Shown piece by piece: positions 21,372 to 31,279 of a stretch of DNA of 64,000 bases. Under the pieces are notes generated by a model. It had not been told where the DNA came from. It worked only from the letters and a program-made list of their open reading frames with translations, and searched no databases. Each line of letters opens with the position of its first letter. The stretch's first letter is position 1. The DNA is taken from assembly GCA_965242925.1 (NCBI GenBank), contig CBDEUM010000004.1, forward strand, positions 79,031 through 143,030, given 5' to 3'. The translations under genes and the position numbers were made by a program. The DNA comes from Roseibacillus sp. (GTDB taxonomy: Bacteria; Verrucomicrobiota; Verrucomicrobiia; Verrucomicrobiales; Akkermansiaceae).

Positions 21372-21539
21372 GTTGCGTTTGGTTCGATCGGAATCCGGCG
21401 GGTCGGCCGGAGGGACGCGTAGTAAAGCAGGGAGGGCTCAGGGATCAAGGGGGATCACTGCTCTAGAAATCGGAGGCCGGAGCCGGCAAAAGTGGGGGGA
21501 GGCAGGTGCTCTCTTCGGGGCGGAAGCGAAGCCTGGTAC

Positions 21540-21674
21540 AGAAGTAGAGGGGGGCTTGCGCCCCCCTCTACGGAGTCCATCAACCTCAGCACGCCATTAC
21601 AGCGATGCGAAGCTGACAACTGCTGTTCACCCTTACATGAAAACTGCAACTGTCGTTGCGGTCTTCACTGTAAT
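21540..21674 (-). ncRNA. Candidate structured small RNA
   Basis: Rod-like fold with G-U pairs only on the minus strand, a TTTAAT -10-like box ending 7 nt upstream, and a terminal GCAA-loop hairpin. Confidence 0.4.
21544..21571 (-). terminator. Strong hairpin, probable terminator of the minus-strand RNA
   Basis: GTAGAGGGGGGC-GCAA-GCCCCCCTCTAC, a perfect 12-bp stem followed by TTCT. Confidence 0.55.
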
Positions 21675-21861
21675 AAGACCATTAAATCGCCAAAACGTTC
21701 GAAAAACACAGTATTTTTTTCATGTTTTTCATAAAGCATTGATTTACAGTGAGCTATACTTCTTACATGTTATTAACATTCGCTGCTTTCCAGGAATAGC
21801 GCCAAGAGGGCTGAAAAAAATACCGCATTGCGTGCTGCGGAACGAAGGATAGCGTTCCGGT

Positions 21862-24051
21862 ATGAGACTGGGTTTTACGGGACTGCTGACAGCGGTGTAT
21901 ATAGCGGGTATGGCGACAAGTATTGAGGCCGCCGACTCCGGGGAGAAGAAAGGTGAGCCCAATCGACTGATTCGCTCGAAATCACCCTATCTGCTGCAGC
22001 ATGCCTACAATCCGGTGGACTGGTATCCATGGGGAGAGGAGGCTTTTGAAAAGGCGCGGAAGGAAAAAAAATTGATCCTCCTGAGCGTGGGGTATTCAAC
22101 CTGCCATTGGTGCCATGTGATGGAGCGGGAGTCGTTTGAGGACAAGAAGGTTGCCGCCTTCCTGAACAAGCATTTCGTCAGCATTAAACTGGACCGGGAA
22201 GAGCGCCCGGATGTGGACAAGGTCTACATGACGAGTTTCCAGGCAATGTTTGGCCAGGGTGGAGGTTGGCCGCTCAATATGTTCCTGACCCCTGACCTGA
22301 AGCCGTTCTTCGGGGGAACCTACTTCCCCCCGCAGGATCAGGGACAGCGGCCGGGGTTCATGACGGTGCTCCAGCGACTCAGTGAATTGTGGTCCAAGGA
22401 TCAGGCCGGGATCATGGCCAAGACCAATGACATCCATCAGAAACTTTCAGACCACCTGACGGAATTACAGAAACTTAACCCGGACGCGGTTTTCACTGGG
22501 AACCTCCTCAAGGGGTTGCCAGAGAAGTTTCTGACCGGAGCGGATCAGGTTAACGGGGGCTGGGGTCGACAGCAGAAGTTTCCCCAGCCTTCCCACCTGC
22601 TCTTTCTCTTGCGCAGCGAGGGAGGGGGACGGGATTTCGCGGTGAGGACGTGCCGCAAGATGATGGAGGGGGGGATCCATGATCAGATCGGTGGTGGCTT
22701 CCACCGTTATACCGTGGATCCAGTGTGGCTGGTGCCGCATTTTGAGAAGATGCTCTACGACCAGGCCCAGTTGCTGGATGTTTATGTCGAGGCCTGGCAG
22801 GTCACGAATGATACGCGGTTCCGGGAGACCGCGGTGGCAATCGCGGACTATGTGCTGGAGGAGCTCACTCACAAGGAGGGTGGATTCTTCAGTGCGCAGG
22901 ATGCCCAGAGCGAGGGAAAGGAAGGGAAATACTGGTGCTGGACCGAGGAGGAACTGAAGGCTCTCCTGAGCGACGCGGAGTTCATGGCTGCCAGGAACTG
23001 GTTCGGCTTTACGGCCGCCGGTAATTTTATCGATCACAGTGATCCCCAGCCTCTGAGGAATCAGAATGTTCTCTTCCGGGCTGATCCCAAGGCGCAGTTG
23101 GGGAGCACCCAGAAGAAGGTGCTCGCGGCTGTGATAGGCAAGATGAAGAGGGCGCGGTCCAAACGGGTGCCGCCGTCCACGGATGATAAGATCCTGGCCT
23201 CCTGGAATGGGCTCATGATCGGCTCGATGGCGAGAGCCGGACGGATTCTGGAGGAGCCACGCTACCTTCAGGCGGCACGGAGGGCCCATGGCTTCGTGGT
23301 GGCGAAACTATGGGACCCTGCCAGCAAGACGCTCTCGCACCGCTGGCGTGAGAATCACGTTGACGGGAGCCAGCAGAGCGAAAGCTATCTCTACTTCCTG
23401 CGGGCCTCGAGGTTGTTATACGAAGCCACCCTTGATCCGGACTACCTGAGGCTGGCTGTGGATCTGGCAGGCAGGGCTCGCGAACTGTTTTATGACGAAG
23501 GAAACGGCGGGTTTTTCGATGGTGAGCAGCGGGATGACCTCGTCTTCAGGCTCAAGGATGATTACGACTCAGCGCTCCCGACTCCAAGTTCCGTGGCACG
23601 GTTGGAGTATGCAGTTCTGGCGGAGATTACAGGGAGTGAGGAGTTCCGTGCGGTGGCCGAAAAATCGCTGCGCTCGGTCGCTCGGATCTTGAAGGAGAGT
23701 CCCACCCAGTTGGCGGGAAGCCTGACGGCACTGGAATTCATGGTGGGCAAACCGGCCCGGATCGTGATTGTGGGAGGCAGTCGTAAGGAGGAGTTTCTCA
23801 AGGTATGCTGGAGAGGCGTGCGCCGTAATCTGCTCGTAATCGGCACCGAGGGACCGGTTTCGGAATTTACCGGCAAATTGGAGGAAAAGGTGCCCGGTGA
23901 AACCACCGTCTATTACTGTGTCGGGCAGACTTGTCGTCTGCCGGAGACCGATCCAGCGGTATTGGCGGGATGGTTGGAGGAGGACCGCGCCACGGGCAGC
24001 AAGACGCCGGACCGGAAGTCGATCATACCCCCGGCGCCGAGTCCGGAGTAG
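21862..24051 (+). CDS. YyaL/SPATA20 family thioredoxin-domain protein
   Basis: [49 protein letters not shown] and [10 protein letters not shown] motifs. Confidence 0.9.
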   Translation: MRLGFTGLLTAVYIAGMATSIEAADSGEKKGEPNRLIRSKSPYLLQHAYNPVDWYPWGEEAFEKARKEKKLILLSVGYSTCHWCHVMERESFEDKKVAAFLNKHFVSIKLDREERPDVDKVYMTSFQAMFGQGGGWPLNMFLTPDLKPFFGGTYFPPQDQGQRPGFMTVLQRLSELWSKDQAGIMAKTNDIHQKLSDHLTELQKLNPDAVFTGNLLKGLPEKFLTGADQVNGGWGRQQKFPQPSHLLFLLRSEGGGRDFAVRTCRKMMEGGIHDQIGGGFHRYTVDPVWLVPHFEKMLYDQAQLLDVYVEAWQVTNDTRFRETAVAIADYVLEELTHKEGGFFSAQDAQSEGKEGKYWCWTEEELKALLSDAEFMAARNWFGFTAAGNFIDHSDPQPLRNQNVLFRADPKAQLGSTQKKVLAAVIGKMKRARSKRVPPSTDDKILASWNGLMIGSMARAGRILEEPRYLQAARRAHGFVVAKLWDPASKTLSHRWRENHVDGSQQSESYLYFLRASRLLYEATLDPDYLRLAVDLAGRARELFYDEGNGGFFDGEQRDDLVFRLKDDYDSALPTPSSVARLEYAVLAEITGSEEFRAVAEKSLRSVARILKESPTQLAGSLTALEFMVGKPARIVIVGGSRKEEFLKVCWRGVRRNLLVIGTEGPVSEFTGKLEEKVPGETTVYYCVGQTCRLPETDPAVLAGWLEEDRATGSKTPDRKSIIPPAPSPE

Positions 24052-24053
24052 CA

Positions 24054-24548
24054 ATGAGCCTTGATCCAGGGCAGCAGGGGGCCTTGACTGGCGGGGTGGG
24101 AAGTCGTCTGGGCATTCCGGAGTACGCCATGGCACTGGCGCACGTGGCTTCGTTGCGTTCGGAGGATCCCTATCGCAAGGTGGGGGCCGCGGCGCTGGAT
24201 GGGGACAATCGCGTGATCGGGACGGCCTACAACGGGCTCGCACCAGGCTTTGATCCGCCTCCTGGATTCTGGGACGATCGGGCGACACGCCAGAAATTCA
24301 TGCTGCACGCCGAAATCAATCTGTGCAGTCTCTTCCGGCGGGGGGAAGCCAGGTTGGTCGCCACTACGACCATGCCCTGTACCTCGTGTATGCAGACGCT
24401 CTGCTCATACGGTATCGAGGAGATCTATTTCCATGAGATCTACCACCGGTCCGATGCGCCGGAGATCGCGGAGTTGTACGGAATCAGGCTGGAGCAGGTG
24501 GATTACTATCCGCTCAGTGAGTTCGGGTCTCTCGATTCCACCCGCTAG
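24054..24548 (+). CDS. dCMP deaminase family protein
   Basis: RSEDP..KVGA, YNG, HAE.N and PC.SC zinc motifs. Confidence 0.85.
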   Translation: MSLDPGQQGALTGGVGSRLGIPEYAMALAHVASLRSEDPYRKVGAAALDGDNRVIGTAYNGLAPGFDPPPGFWDDRATRQKFMLHAEINLCSLFRRGEARLVATTTMPCTSCMQTLCSYGIEEIYFHEIYHRSDAPEIAELYGIRLEQVDYYPLSEFGSLDSTR

Positions 24549-24577
24549 CCTGCCAGCGGAACGGGGAGGCAGCCGGG

Positions 24578-25408
24578 CTAGTCTCCGTCCTCGGTTGCAC
24601 CGCCGTAAAAGCTCTTTACGAAACCGACTTCTATCATGGTGTCCTCCCACGGCGCGATGGCCGCAGCGCGACGGAAGACGCGGCGGGCGCTGGCGCGCCA
24701 GCGCTCAGCCTCGCTTTCATTGCCGTCATGATAGGAGATGGCTGCGTTGGCATAATAGTAGTAGGGATAGTCGTCGAGATAGTCGTATTTATTTGCAAGC
24801 AGGCGTGCTTCGTCGACCTGCCCCATCCTGAGCTTGCACAGGAAGTACTTGAACTCGATAAGCCGGATCATGGCGACATTTGCCGGATCCATGTCGGGAA
24901 GGATTTTCTCGATGCGCTCATGACACAACTTCCATTTCTTGGTCACGAAATCCATCTCGGCCAGGTTGAAGAGTATATTCAGGACGGGCCGGATCCTGCG
25001 TTTACGAGCGTCGCCCTGCACTCCCTGGAGATCCTTGAGAAAATCCCCCTGTTTTTCCAGGGCGGCTTCGAAGGATGAGCGGGCTTTCTTGAAGTTGCGG
25101 AATTCTACATGGCAGGCACCCTCGAGATTGAGCGAATTGGGGTTATCTGGAAAGATCCGCTGTGCCTCTGCGATTTCGTTGAGTGATTCGATAATTCGCT
25201 TTTGATTGAAGAGACGGGAAGCCTCGAGCATGTGCTTGCGGAAGGCCTTCTTTTCAACGGGATCGATTTCCTCAAAGTCTTTCTGCCACTGAGGGACAAT
25301 TTTCTCCTCGTCCGCAGTAGGGACAAGGGGCTTCTCCTGAGCCTGTAACGGGCAGATGAACAAGGTGAGTGAAGCGCAAAGGAATAGAAGCGTGGGATAA
25401 TGGTGCAT
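24578..25408 (-). CDS. Secreted TPR-like protein
   Basis: Signal peptide and helical repeats (LNLEGAC...A...FE.AL; LFNLAE). Confidence 0.65.
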   Translation of the reverse strand: MHHYPTLLFLCASLTLFICPLQAQEKPLVPTADEEKIVPQWQKDFEEIDPVEKKAFRKHMLEASRLFNQKRIIESLNEIAEAQRIFPDNPNSLNLEGACHVEFRNFKKARSSFEAALEKQGDFLKDLQGVQGDARKRRIRPVLNILFNLAEMDFVTKKWKLCHERIEKILPDMDPANVAMIRLIEFKYFLCKLRMGQVDEARLLANKYDYLDDYPYYYYANAAISYHDGNESEAERWRASARRVFRRAAAIAPWEDTMIEVGFVKSFYGGATEDGD

Positions 25409-25455
25409 GGCGAGTGTTAGCTTAATTCAATATTTCAGGTCTCAGAGCCCTCAAG

Positions 25456-26037
25456 TCAAGACTGGCATCCGTACAGGGCACGGGCGTGGATAAACGTGGC
25501 CACATCCGGGTGGAGCCAGTCGACGGGCAGGTATTCCGGGGTTCGGCTACGTATTTCACTGGCCGAGGCCGGGTGGCTCCCCGGAACGGAATGCACGCGG
25601 AAACCGGGTTGAGGTCGAGGTTCGTCACCTCGATCGTGTACGATGAATTCAACCAGATCAGCCAGATGAGCGGGCCGGCTCCAGGTCTGGATGGCGTTCC
25701 ACTGATCGGTGCCCATGAGCCAGAACAGGCGGGATTCGGGATAGATTTCCGACATCGCTTCAGCAGTGATCCATGAGTAGGACGGGGGTAAAAGCTGCAT
25801 TTCGATTTCGCTGACGACGGCCCACGACACCCCTGCCAGGGCGAGCTCAAGCATTTCAATGCGCTCGTCTTCGCTGGCCAGTGGGCACTCGTTCTTATGG
25901 GGTGATTGCCTGCACGGAATGAAAATGACCCGATCCAGATTCATTTTTTCCCGAGCCAGGCCGGCGATGGCGAGGTGCCCCAGATGGACTGGATCAAAAG
26001 TTCCGCCAAATAAGGCGACACGTCGGGGAGAGTCCAT
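25456..26037 (-). CDS. nadD: Nicotinate-nucleotide adenylyltransferase
   Basis: FGGTFDPVHLGH, SPHK, LMGTD and SASEIR motifs. Confidence 0.9.
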   Translation of the reverse strand: MDSPRRVALFGGTFDPVHLGHLAIAGLAREKMNLDRVIFIPCRQSPHKNECPLASEDERIEMLELALAGVSWAVVSEIEMQLLPPSYSWITAEAMSEIYPESRLFWLMGTDQWNAIQTWSRPAHLADLVEFIVHDRGDEPRPQPGFRVHSVPGSHPASASEIRSRTPEYLPVDWLHPDVATFIHARALYGCQS

Positions 26038-26059
26038 GGAAGGAATGCCTGAGGCCCGG

Positions 26060-26806
26060 TCAGGATCCGGAGCGTCTTTCAATTTCGATTTCGCCCAGGA
26101 TCTGATCCTGCGAGACCACGAACTGGTTGAGTTTCATCAGTTCGAGGAGGGCGAGAAAGGTGACGATCACCTCTGACTTGGTGGAAGCAGAAGCAAATAG
26201 CGACTTGAAGGGCATGCTCTGGCCGGGTGACAGATTTTTCAGCAACATGTCCATCTTGTCGGAGACCGTGAAGCGGTCGTCGATGATGTCACCAAGGTCG
26301 TGGGCTTCCTCAAAGCGCTTGAGGACTCCCTGGAAGGCACGAATCAGGTCAAAGATGGAGATCTCGGCCAGGGGAGCGGCTTCGGGTTTGGCGGATTCGG
26401 GCTTCTCCGGGGCATTGACGAAAACATCCTCCTGTTTGCGGGCCTTCTGGGCGAGGACATTGGCGGCATCCTTGAACTTCTTGTACTCGATGAGTTGGCG
26501 GATAAGCTCCCAGCGGGGGTCATCCTCGTCACAATCTTCCTCCGGGGGTTGCTCGCTCCTGGGAAGAAGGGTGCGGCTTTTGATGTACATGAGGTTGGCC
26601 GCCATCACGATAAACTCCGAAGCCAGATCAATATTGAGCAGTTTGAAGGTCTGAATGTAGTGGAGATATTGCTTGGTGATGCGCTCGAGTGAGATGTCAT
26701 AGATGTCAATTTCGTCCTTCTTGATCAGGTAAAGGAGAAGATCGAGGGGGCCCTCGAATATTTCGAGCCTTACCTTGTAGACATCAGCTTCCACGAGCGG
26801 TTCCAT
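26060..26806 (-). CDS. scpA: Segregation and condensation protein A
   Basis: FEGPLDLLLYLI, IKSRTLLP, DPR.EL..L.EYKKFK and VTFLALLEL motifs. Confidence 0.92.
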   Translation of the reverse strand: MEPLVEADVYKVRLEIFEGPLDLLLYLIKKDEIDIYDISLERITKQYLHYIQTFKLLNIDLASEFIVMAANLMYIKSRTLLPRSEQPPEEDCDEDDPRWELIRQLIEYKKFKDAANVLAQKARKQEDVFVNAPEKPESAKPEAAPLAEISIFDLIRAFQGVLKRFEEAHDLGDIIDDRFTVSDKMDMLLKNLSPGQSMPFKSLFASASTKSEVIVTFLALLELMKLNQFVVSQDQILGEIEIERRSGS

Positions 26807-26923
26807 AGGATAGGGCGTCGAAGTGGGCGAGGTAAAAGGCGAATCCGGGAGCGACTAGCACAAATGAGATTGGCAAAATCGTGCTATGTAGTTAATGATC
26901 CCGCTCCCACGGGGTCCTCCAGC

Positions 26924-28606
26924 ATGCAGAATAATCAGCAGAAACTTGATGAATTCCAGGCTCGCATGAGCCACTGGGTGGCCAGCCAGGGCCTTGTCTT
27001 CCAGTTGATGCACGGTGGGTCGGTGCAAGGAGCACGCTCAACGATTTTCGGATGGTTGGCGAGAATGTGCCTGCGCGTCATGATTCTGCTCCTTGTAGGC
27101 GGTCTGATATTTTTGTTCTATCTCATCAGGCGTCCGTCCTCAGAACTTTTCAACGCCCGGGTCAGTGAGGCTTTAGAGGATGCCACGGGCGCCACACACA
27201 AGAGCCTCGATGTCCACAACGAGTGGATCGAGACCCCCCTTGGCCTCATCAGCAGGAAGGCTGGCTATCTTGAGTTGACCAGCCTCGACATGAAGGGCGG
27301 CGAGGATTCTTTTTTTGATTGGGTTCGTCTGCGAAATGCCAAGACGCGGATGGGATTTCTTGCCGGGATGGTTACAGATTGGGATGGAGAAGAGGTTGTC
27401 ATTGGGAGTCTCAATCTAAGCGTGAAGTCGGGATCCGAGGATGCCGACGGGGCCGCGATCTACCAGACGATCTTCAACAAAGGGGAGAAATTCTCCTTCG
27501 ATCGGGTGGAAGTGCAGAATGCCAGTCTCAGTTGGGGGTATTCGGAGGTGACGGCCGGCAAGATTGAGAACTCCAGATTGAGTGCCCATAGGAAAGGGGA
27601 GGGGTGGAGCGTGATCTTCAAAGGAGGAACCTTTTCGCAGAACTGGCTGAAGGATCTGGAGATCGAAAAGCTGGAATGTGAACTCACAAGGGAAGGGTTT
27701 GAGATTACCGATGGGCGGCTAAGGGGCCGCGAAGGTGTTGGTGTGCTCACCCTGAATGCAAAGGTGACTGGTCCGGTCACCGGTCCGCAGGTGAGCGGTT
27801 CGGGCACCATGCAGGGCATTCCCTTCGACAGTTATCTGGACGACGAGGTGCGGCCTTTTGTCGGGGGGCGCCTGTCAGGAAACTTCAATCTGGGCGGGTC
27901 ACCCTATATTTCGAGTGGGGTCACCATGGCTGCGCAGATCGTGCTGGGGGCCGATGATGAAATTGTCATCCGTGATAAGATCAAGTTGCTTGATGCCATC
28001 TCGCTGGTCGACCGGTATCGAAGCTACAAGAAAGTGCGTTTCCGGGCAGGAAGGTTCAATTTCGAGACAGGCAAGAAGGTTGCGGCCTTCACCGAAATCA
28101 GCCTGGAGGCCACGGATCACATGAAACTGGAGGGTGAGTTCATCTCCCGGCCCCCGGCTACCCAGGAGGTGACTGATGCGATCTATTTCGATGAGCACGG
28201 CACTGCCCGCCCCCCGTCTGCAGATAATAAGGAGGCGGACGAGCTCCTGGAAGAGGTAGATGCAGCAGATTTCAACCTGAAGGATGCCGCCAAGGCGGCG
28301 CGTGAGGAATCAGACAGTGATCAGAAGATCAAGACGATCTTCCAGTCCGAGGTCTTTGGGCTGGAAGTCATGCGTCGGGAGGAAGAGGCGAGGGCCCGCT
28401 ACCGGCGAATCCCCTTCCTTCAGGGCGTATTGAGAATGGGTTTGCACGCCAAGGCCTTCGAACCGAGTCGGTCCAGGGAGTTGGCCGAGATATATCCCAT
28501 CGACGACAAGTCCGGCTTCCGTTGGCTCGAGATCGATCTGGACCAGGGCCTTCCCAGTGCCGGCATAGAAGCTGCGGAGAAGATCCTGCTTCACGCCAAG
28601 GACTGA
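26924..28606 (+). CDS. Hypothetical AsmA-like beta-rich protein with N-terminal TM
   Basis: TM anchor followed by alternating hydrophobic beta-strand pattern; the fold call is an inference. Confidence 0.5.
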   Translation: MQNNQQKLDEFQARMSHWVASQGLVFQLMHGGSVQGARSTIFGWLARMCLRVMILLLVGGLIFLFYLIRRPSSELFNARVSEALEDATGATHKSLDVHNEWIETPLGLISRKAGYLELTSLDMKGGEDSFFDWVRLRNAKTRMGFLAGMVTDWDGEEVVIGSLNLSVKSGSEDADGAAIYQTIFNKGEKFSFDRVEVQNASLSWGYSEVTAGKIENSRLSAHRKGEGWSVIFKGGTFSQNWLKDLEIEKLECELTREGFEITDGRLRGREGVGVLTLNAKVTGPVTGPQVSGSGTMQGIPFDSYLDDEVRPFVGGRLSGNFNLGGSPYISSGVTMAAQIVLGADDEIVIRDKIKLLDAISLVDRYRSYKKVRFRAGRFNFETGKKVAAFTEISLEATDHMKLEGEFISRPPATQEVTDAIYFDEHGTARPPSADNKEADELLEEVDAADFNLKDAAKAAREESDSDQKIKTIFQSEVFGLEVMRREEEARARYRRIPFLQGVLRMGLHAKAFEPSRSRELAEIYPIDDKSGFRWLEIDLDQGLPSAGIEAAEKILLHAKD

Positions 28607-28621
28607 ACCCCGGGGTTTCCC

Positions 28622-29527
28622 TCACGGTCGGGATCCGCCCAGTCCAAGGTCTGTCGCGATCTGCCTGGTGGCACTGCTCTTGTTGAGGGTGTAGAAATGG
28701 AGCCCTTCAACACCTTCTCTTATCAGCTCCCGGCATTGTTCGGTGGCATAGCTGGTGCCTGCTCCAGCAAAGGCTTCCGGGCTGTCCTCCAATCCGGCGA
28801 GGTCACGTTGCAGCTTGGCCGGGAAGTGAACCCCGGCTGCGAGTTCCGCCATGCGGACCATCCCCTCAGGGGTGGTGATAGGCATGATTCCGGCGATAAT
28901 GGGGATCGTGATTCCGGCCAGATGACAACGCTCCCGGAAATCCAGGAAGTCATGATTGTCGAAAAAGAGCTGGGTGCAGATGTAGTCGGCACCGGCATCA
29001 ACCTTCGCCTTGAGGTAGTCCATCTCCTTCATGCGGTTCTGGGTTTCGGGGTGCCCCTCGGGGAAGCCTGCCACCCCGATCCCAAATCCCCCTGAAGGGT
29101 GCTGGTGAGTGTGGTTGAATTTCTGGATGAAGCGGATCAGATCAGAGGCGTATTGGAAGATGTCCTGCGAGCGATCGTAGGCGGGCCTGTCGCGGGGAGG
29201 ATCTCCACGGAGCGCGAGAATGGTGCTGACCCCTGCTTCAGCGTATTGGTTCAAGATAGCCTCGATCTCAGGGGCATCGTGACAGGTGCAGGTGAGGTGT
29301 GGCACCGCGGGAATGGATGTTTCCTGCAGGATTCGGAGAACAAGCTGATGAGTGAGATCCCTCGTGGAGCCTCCCGCTCCATAGGTCACACTGACGAAAG
29401 AGGGGTTCAGTTCCTTGAGGTCGTGGATGGTTGCCAGAAGGCTCTCCGCGCCCTTCTCCGTTCTGGGAGGGAAGAACTCGAAGGAGATGGAGGGCCGGCG
29501 GTTCCGGAAAATGTCGGAAATCTGCAT
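28622..29527 (-). CDS. metF: 5,10-methylenetetrahydrofolate reductase
   Basis: SFEFFPP, SVTYGAGGST, LALRGDPP, TQLFFD and HFYTLN motifs. Confidence 0.93.
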   Translation of the reverse strand: MQISDIFRNRRPSISFEFFPPRTEKGAESLLATIHDLKELNPSFVSVTYGAGGSTRDLTHQLVLRILQETSIPAVPHLTCTCHDAPEIEAILNQYAEAGVSTILALRGDPPRDRPAYDRSQDIFQYASDLIRFIQKFNHTHQHPSGGFGIGVAGFPEGHPETQNRMKEMDYLKAKVDAGADYICTQLFFDNHDFLDFRERCHLAGITIPIIAGIMPITTPEGMVRMAELAAGVHFPAKLQRDLAGLEDSPEAFAGAGTSYATEQCRELIREGVEGLHFYTLNKSSATRQIATDLGLGGSRP

Positions 29528-29675
29528 GGTTTGCGCGTTCTGCTAGCGCCAGGTCGGAATCGGTCCAGCGAAATCCTGTTTGGAATGAAACCTCCAGCCT
29601 GTCCGGGGGTTAAATTCTGTGACGCGCCAGTCATATAGCGTCGCCAAGCCGACCGATCCCTATCATAATATCGTC

Positions 29676-30449
29676 ATGATAACAGTCCGCAAATCCCTCA
29701 TGTTCCTGCTGGGAATGATGATCCTCCCGATCGCCCAGGTGGCGGAGGGGGTTGATGAGAGGGGTGGCGCACGTGAACCGGGCTCCAGACAGGGCCCAAA
29801 GCCGGGCATGAAGGGAGAGCGGAAGCGCAAGGGGCCGGTCAGAGAGGATTTCATGGCGAGTTATGACCGCAATAAGGACGGAAAGATCTCCTTTGAGGAG
29901 TTTGGATCCACCAGGAAGACAGCTGCCCTTGAGGAGGAAGGGAGGCGGCGTCTGTTTAATCATCTGGACAAGAATAAGGATGGCACAATCACCCCGAATG
30001 AGTTGCCCAAGGCCATGCCCCGTCCCGTCCGCGATAGTGACCTGAACCGGAATGGGAGAATCAGCTTTGAGGAGTTCCGGCAGAATGAGCGTCTGAAGGG
30101 GGTCAGTGAGGAACGCATCAAGGCGATGTTCGCCCGCATGGACCGAGACAATGACAGATCCCTTACTCCTCAGGATTTCCGTCGCCGTGGTCCCCGGCCC
30201 CCTGACCGGAGCGAATCCGACAAGCTTGATACGGATCGTGACCACGCCTTGTCATTCCGGGAGTGGAAGAAGAGCCCTCGGCACAAGATTACTCCGGAGG
30301 AGGAACTCCGCCGGCGCTTTAACATGCTCGATCGTAACAAGGACGGGAAACTGGACGATAAGGATCGTGATCGGGAGAGGGAGAATGGGGAAGGTCCCAG
30401 GCCAGGTCCGCGTCACCACCCGCCCCGGCGCGAGAGCGGAAAGCCCTAG
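29676..30449 (+). CDS. Secreted multi-EF-hand protein
   Basis: Signal peptide and six EF-hand loops such as DRNKDGKISFEE and DKNKDGTITPNE. Confidence 0.8.
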   Translation: MITVRKSLMFLLGMMILPIAQVAEGVDERGGAREPGSRQGPKPGMKGERKRKGPVREDFMASYDRNKDGKISFEEFGSTRKTAALEEEGRRRLFNHLDKNKDGTITPNELPKAMPRPVRDSDLNRNGRISFEEFRQNERLKGVSEERIKAMFARMDRDNDRSLTPQDFRRRGPRPPDRSESDKLDTDRDHALSFREWKKSPRHKITPEEELRRRFNMLDRNKDGKLDDKDRDRERENGEGPRPGPRHHPPRRESGKP

Positions 30450-30481
30450 CCTGTTTCAGATGAGTCAGCGGGCCATCCCGC

Positions 30482-31177
30482 TCAGAAGGAGACTTCGAAC
30501 CAGAGGCCTCCATAGATCTCGCTTCCGTCTCTGCTGTCCAGTTCGCAGGACCATCCTGCAAAGGGCGTTATGGAGAGCATGGTGTTGATGTTGTGGGTCA
30601 GCGACGCCTGACCATGGAAGTCGTTCAAACCGGACCGCTCGTAGTAGTCCTCAACCGCGGAGATGCCAGCGCTGATTCTGAGGTAGGTCTTGTCGGAAAG
30701 GGGGATGGACCAATTACTGCCAAGGTGGGCATACCAGCCGTTTGTCGCGAGATCACGATGCACTTTCGCTTCCATATTCCAGTTTCTGTCCGCGTGCCAG
30801 GTGAGGAACAGGCCCAGATCAAAGCCGTTCTCAAGGAAGCTGTGACCGTAGGCGTGGTAGGAGGCGGATCCCCCGACCGTGATGTCCTTGTGTAGACTGT
30901 AGGATAGATCCAGAAAGGCGCCCCCTTCAGTGAAGTTGTCGCTGACCTCGGTGGCAAACCAGCCGCCAGCGCCGAGAGCAAGCGTGTCGTCGAGGACGAC
31001 CTCGGTTTCCAGTTGGAAATCCATGACCACATCAGCAAGGTTGAACCCGCGGTAGACATAATCACTGCGAATGCCGGTGACGGCCTCGATGCCGAGCGGG
31101 ATATCGTCCTCCAGATCGGCGGAAAGAGGGGAGGCAGCAAAGGAAGCAGCAAGGAGAGCGATGACGAGGTGCTTCAT
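30482..31177 (-). CDS. Outer-membrane beta-barrel protein (TorF-like)
   Basis: Signal peptide, SDYVYRG motif and C-terminal Phe. Confidence 0.65.
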   Translation of the reverse strand: MKHLVIALLAASFAASPLSADLEDDIPLGIEAVTGIRSDYVYRGFNLADVVMDFQLETEVVLDDTLALGAGGWFATEVSDNFTEGGAFLDLSYSLHKDITVGGSASYHAYGHSFLENGFDLGLFLTWHADRNWNMEAKVHRDLATNGWYAHLGSNWSIPLSDKTYLRISAGISAVEDYYERSGLNDFHGQASLTHNINTMLSITPFAGWSCELDSRDGSEIYGGLWFEVSF

Positions 31178-31279
31178 GGCGAAAGCGGGTGGTTTCAGCG
31201 ATGGGGCGCGAACAGGGATCGCACGATGGAGCCTGGATGGGAGGAGTGCAAGCTGCCAATGGCATGAGCTTGCGCTGTC

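Noticed and set aside
21637..21852. Small + strand ORF MKTATVVAVF...
   Set aside because: It overlaps the palindromic RNA-like stem and an AT-rich promoter-like region with atypical codon use; the RNA explanation fits better.
29528..29675. SAM or SAH riboswitch upstream of metF
   Set aside because: No recognisable SAM-I, SAM-II, SAH or SAM/SAH consensus by eye; an Rfam scan would settle it.
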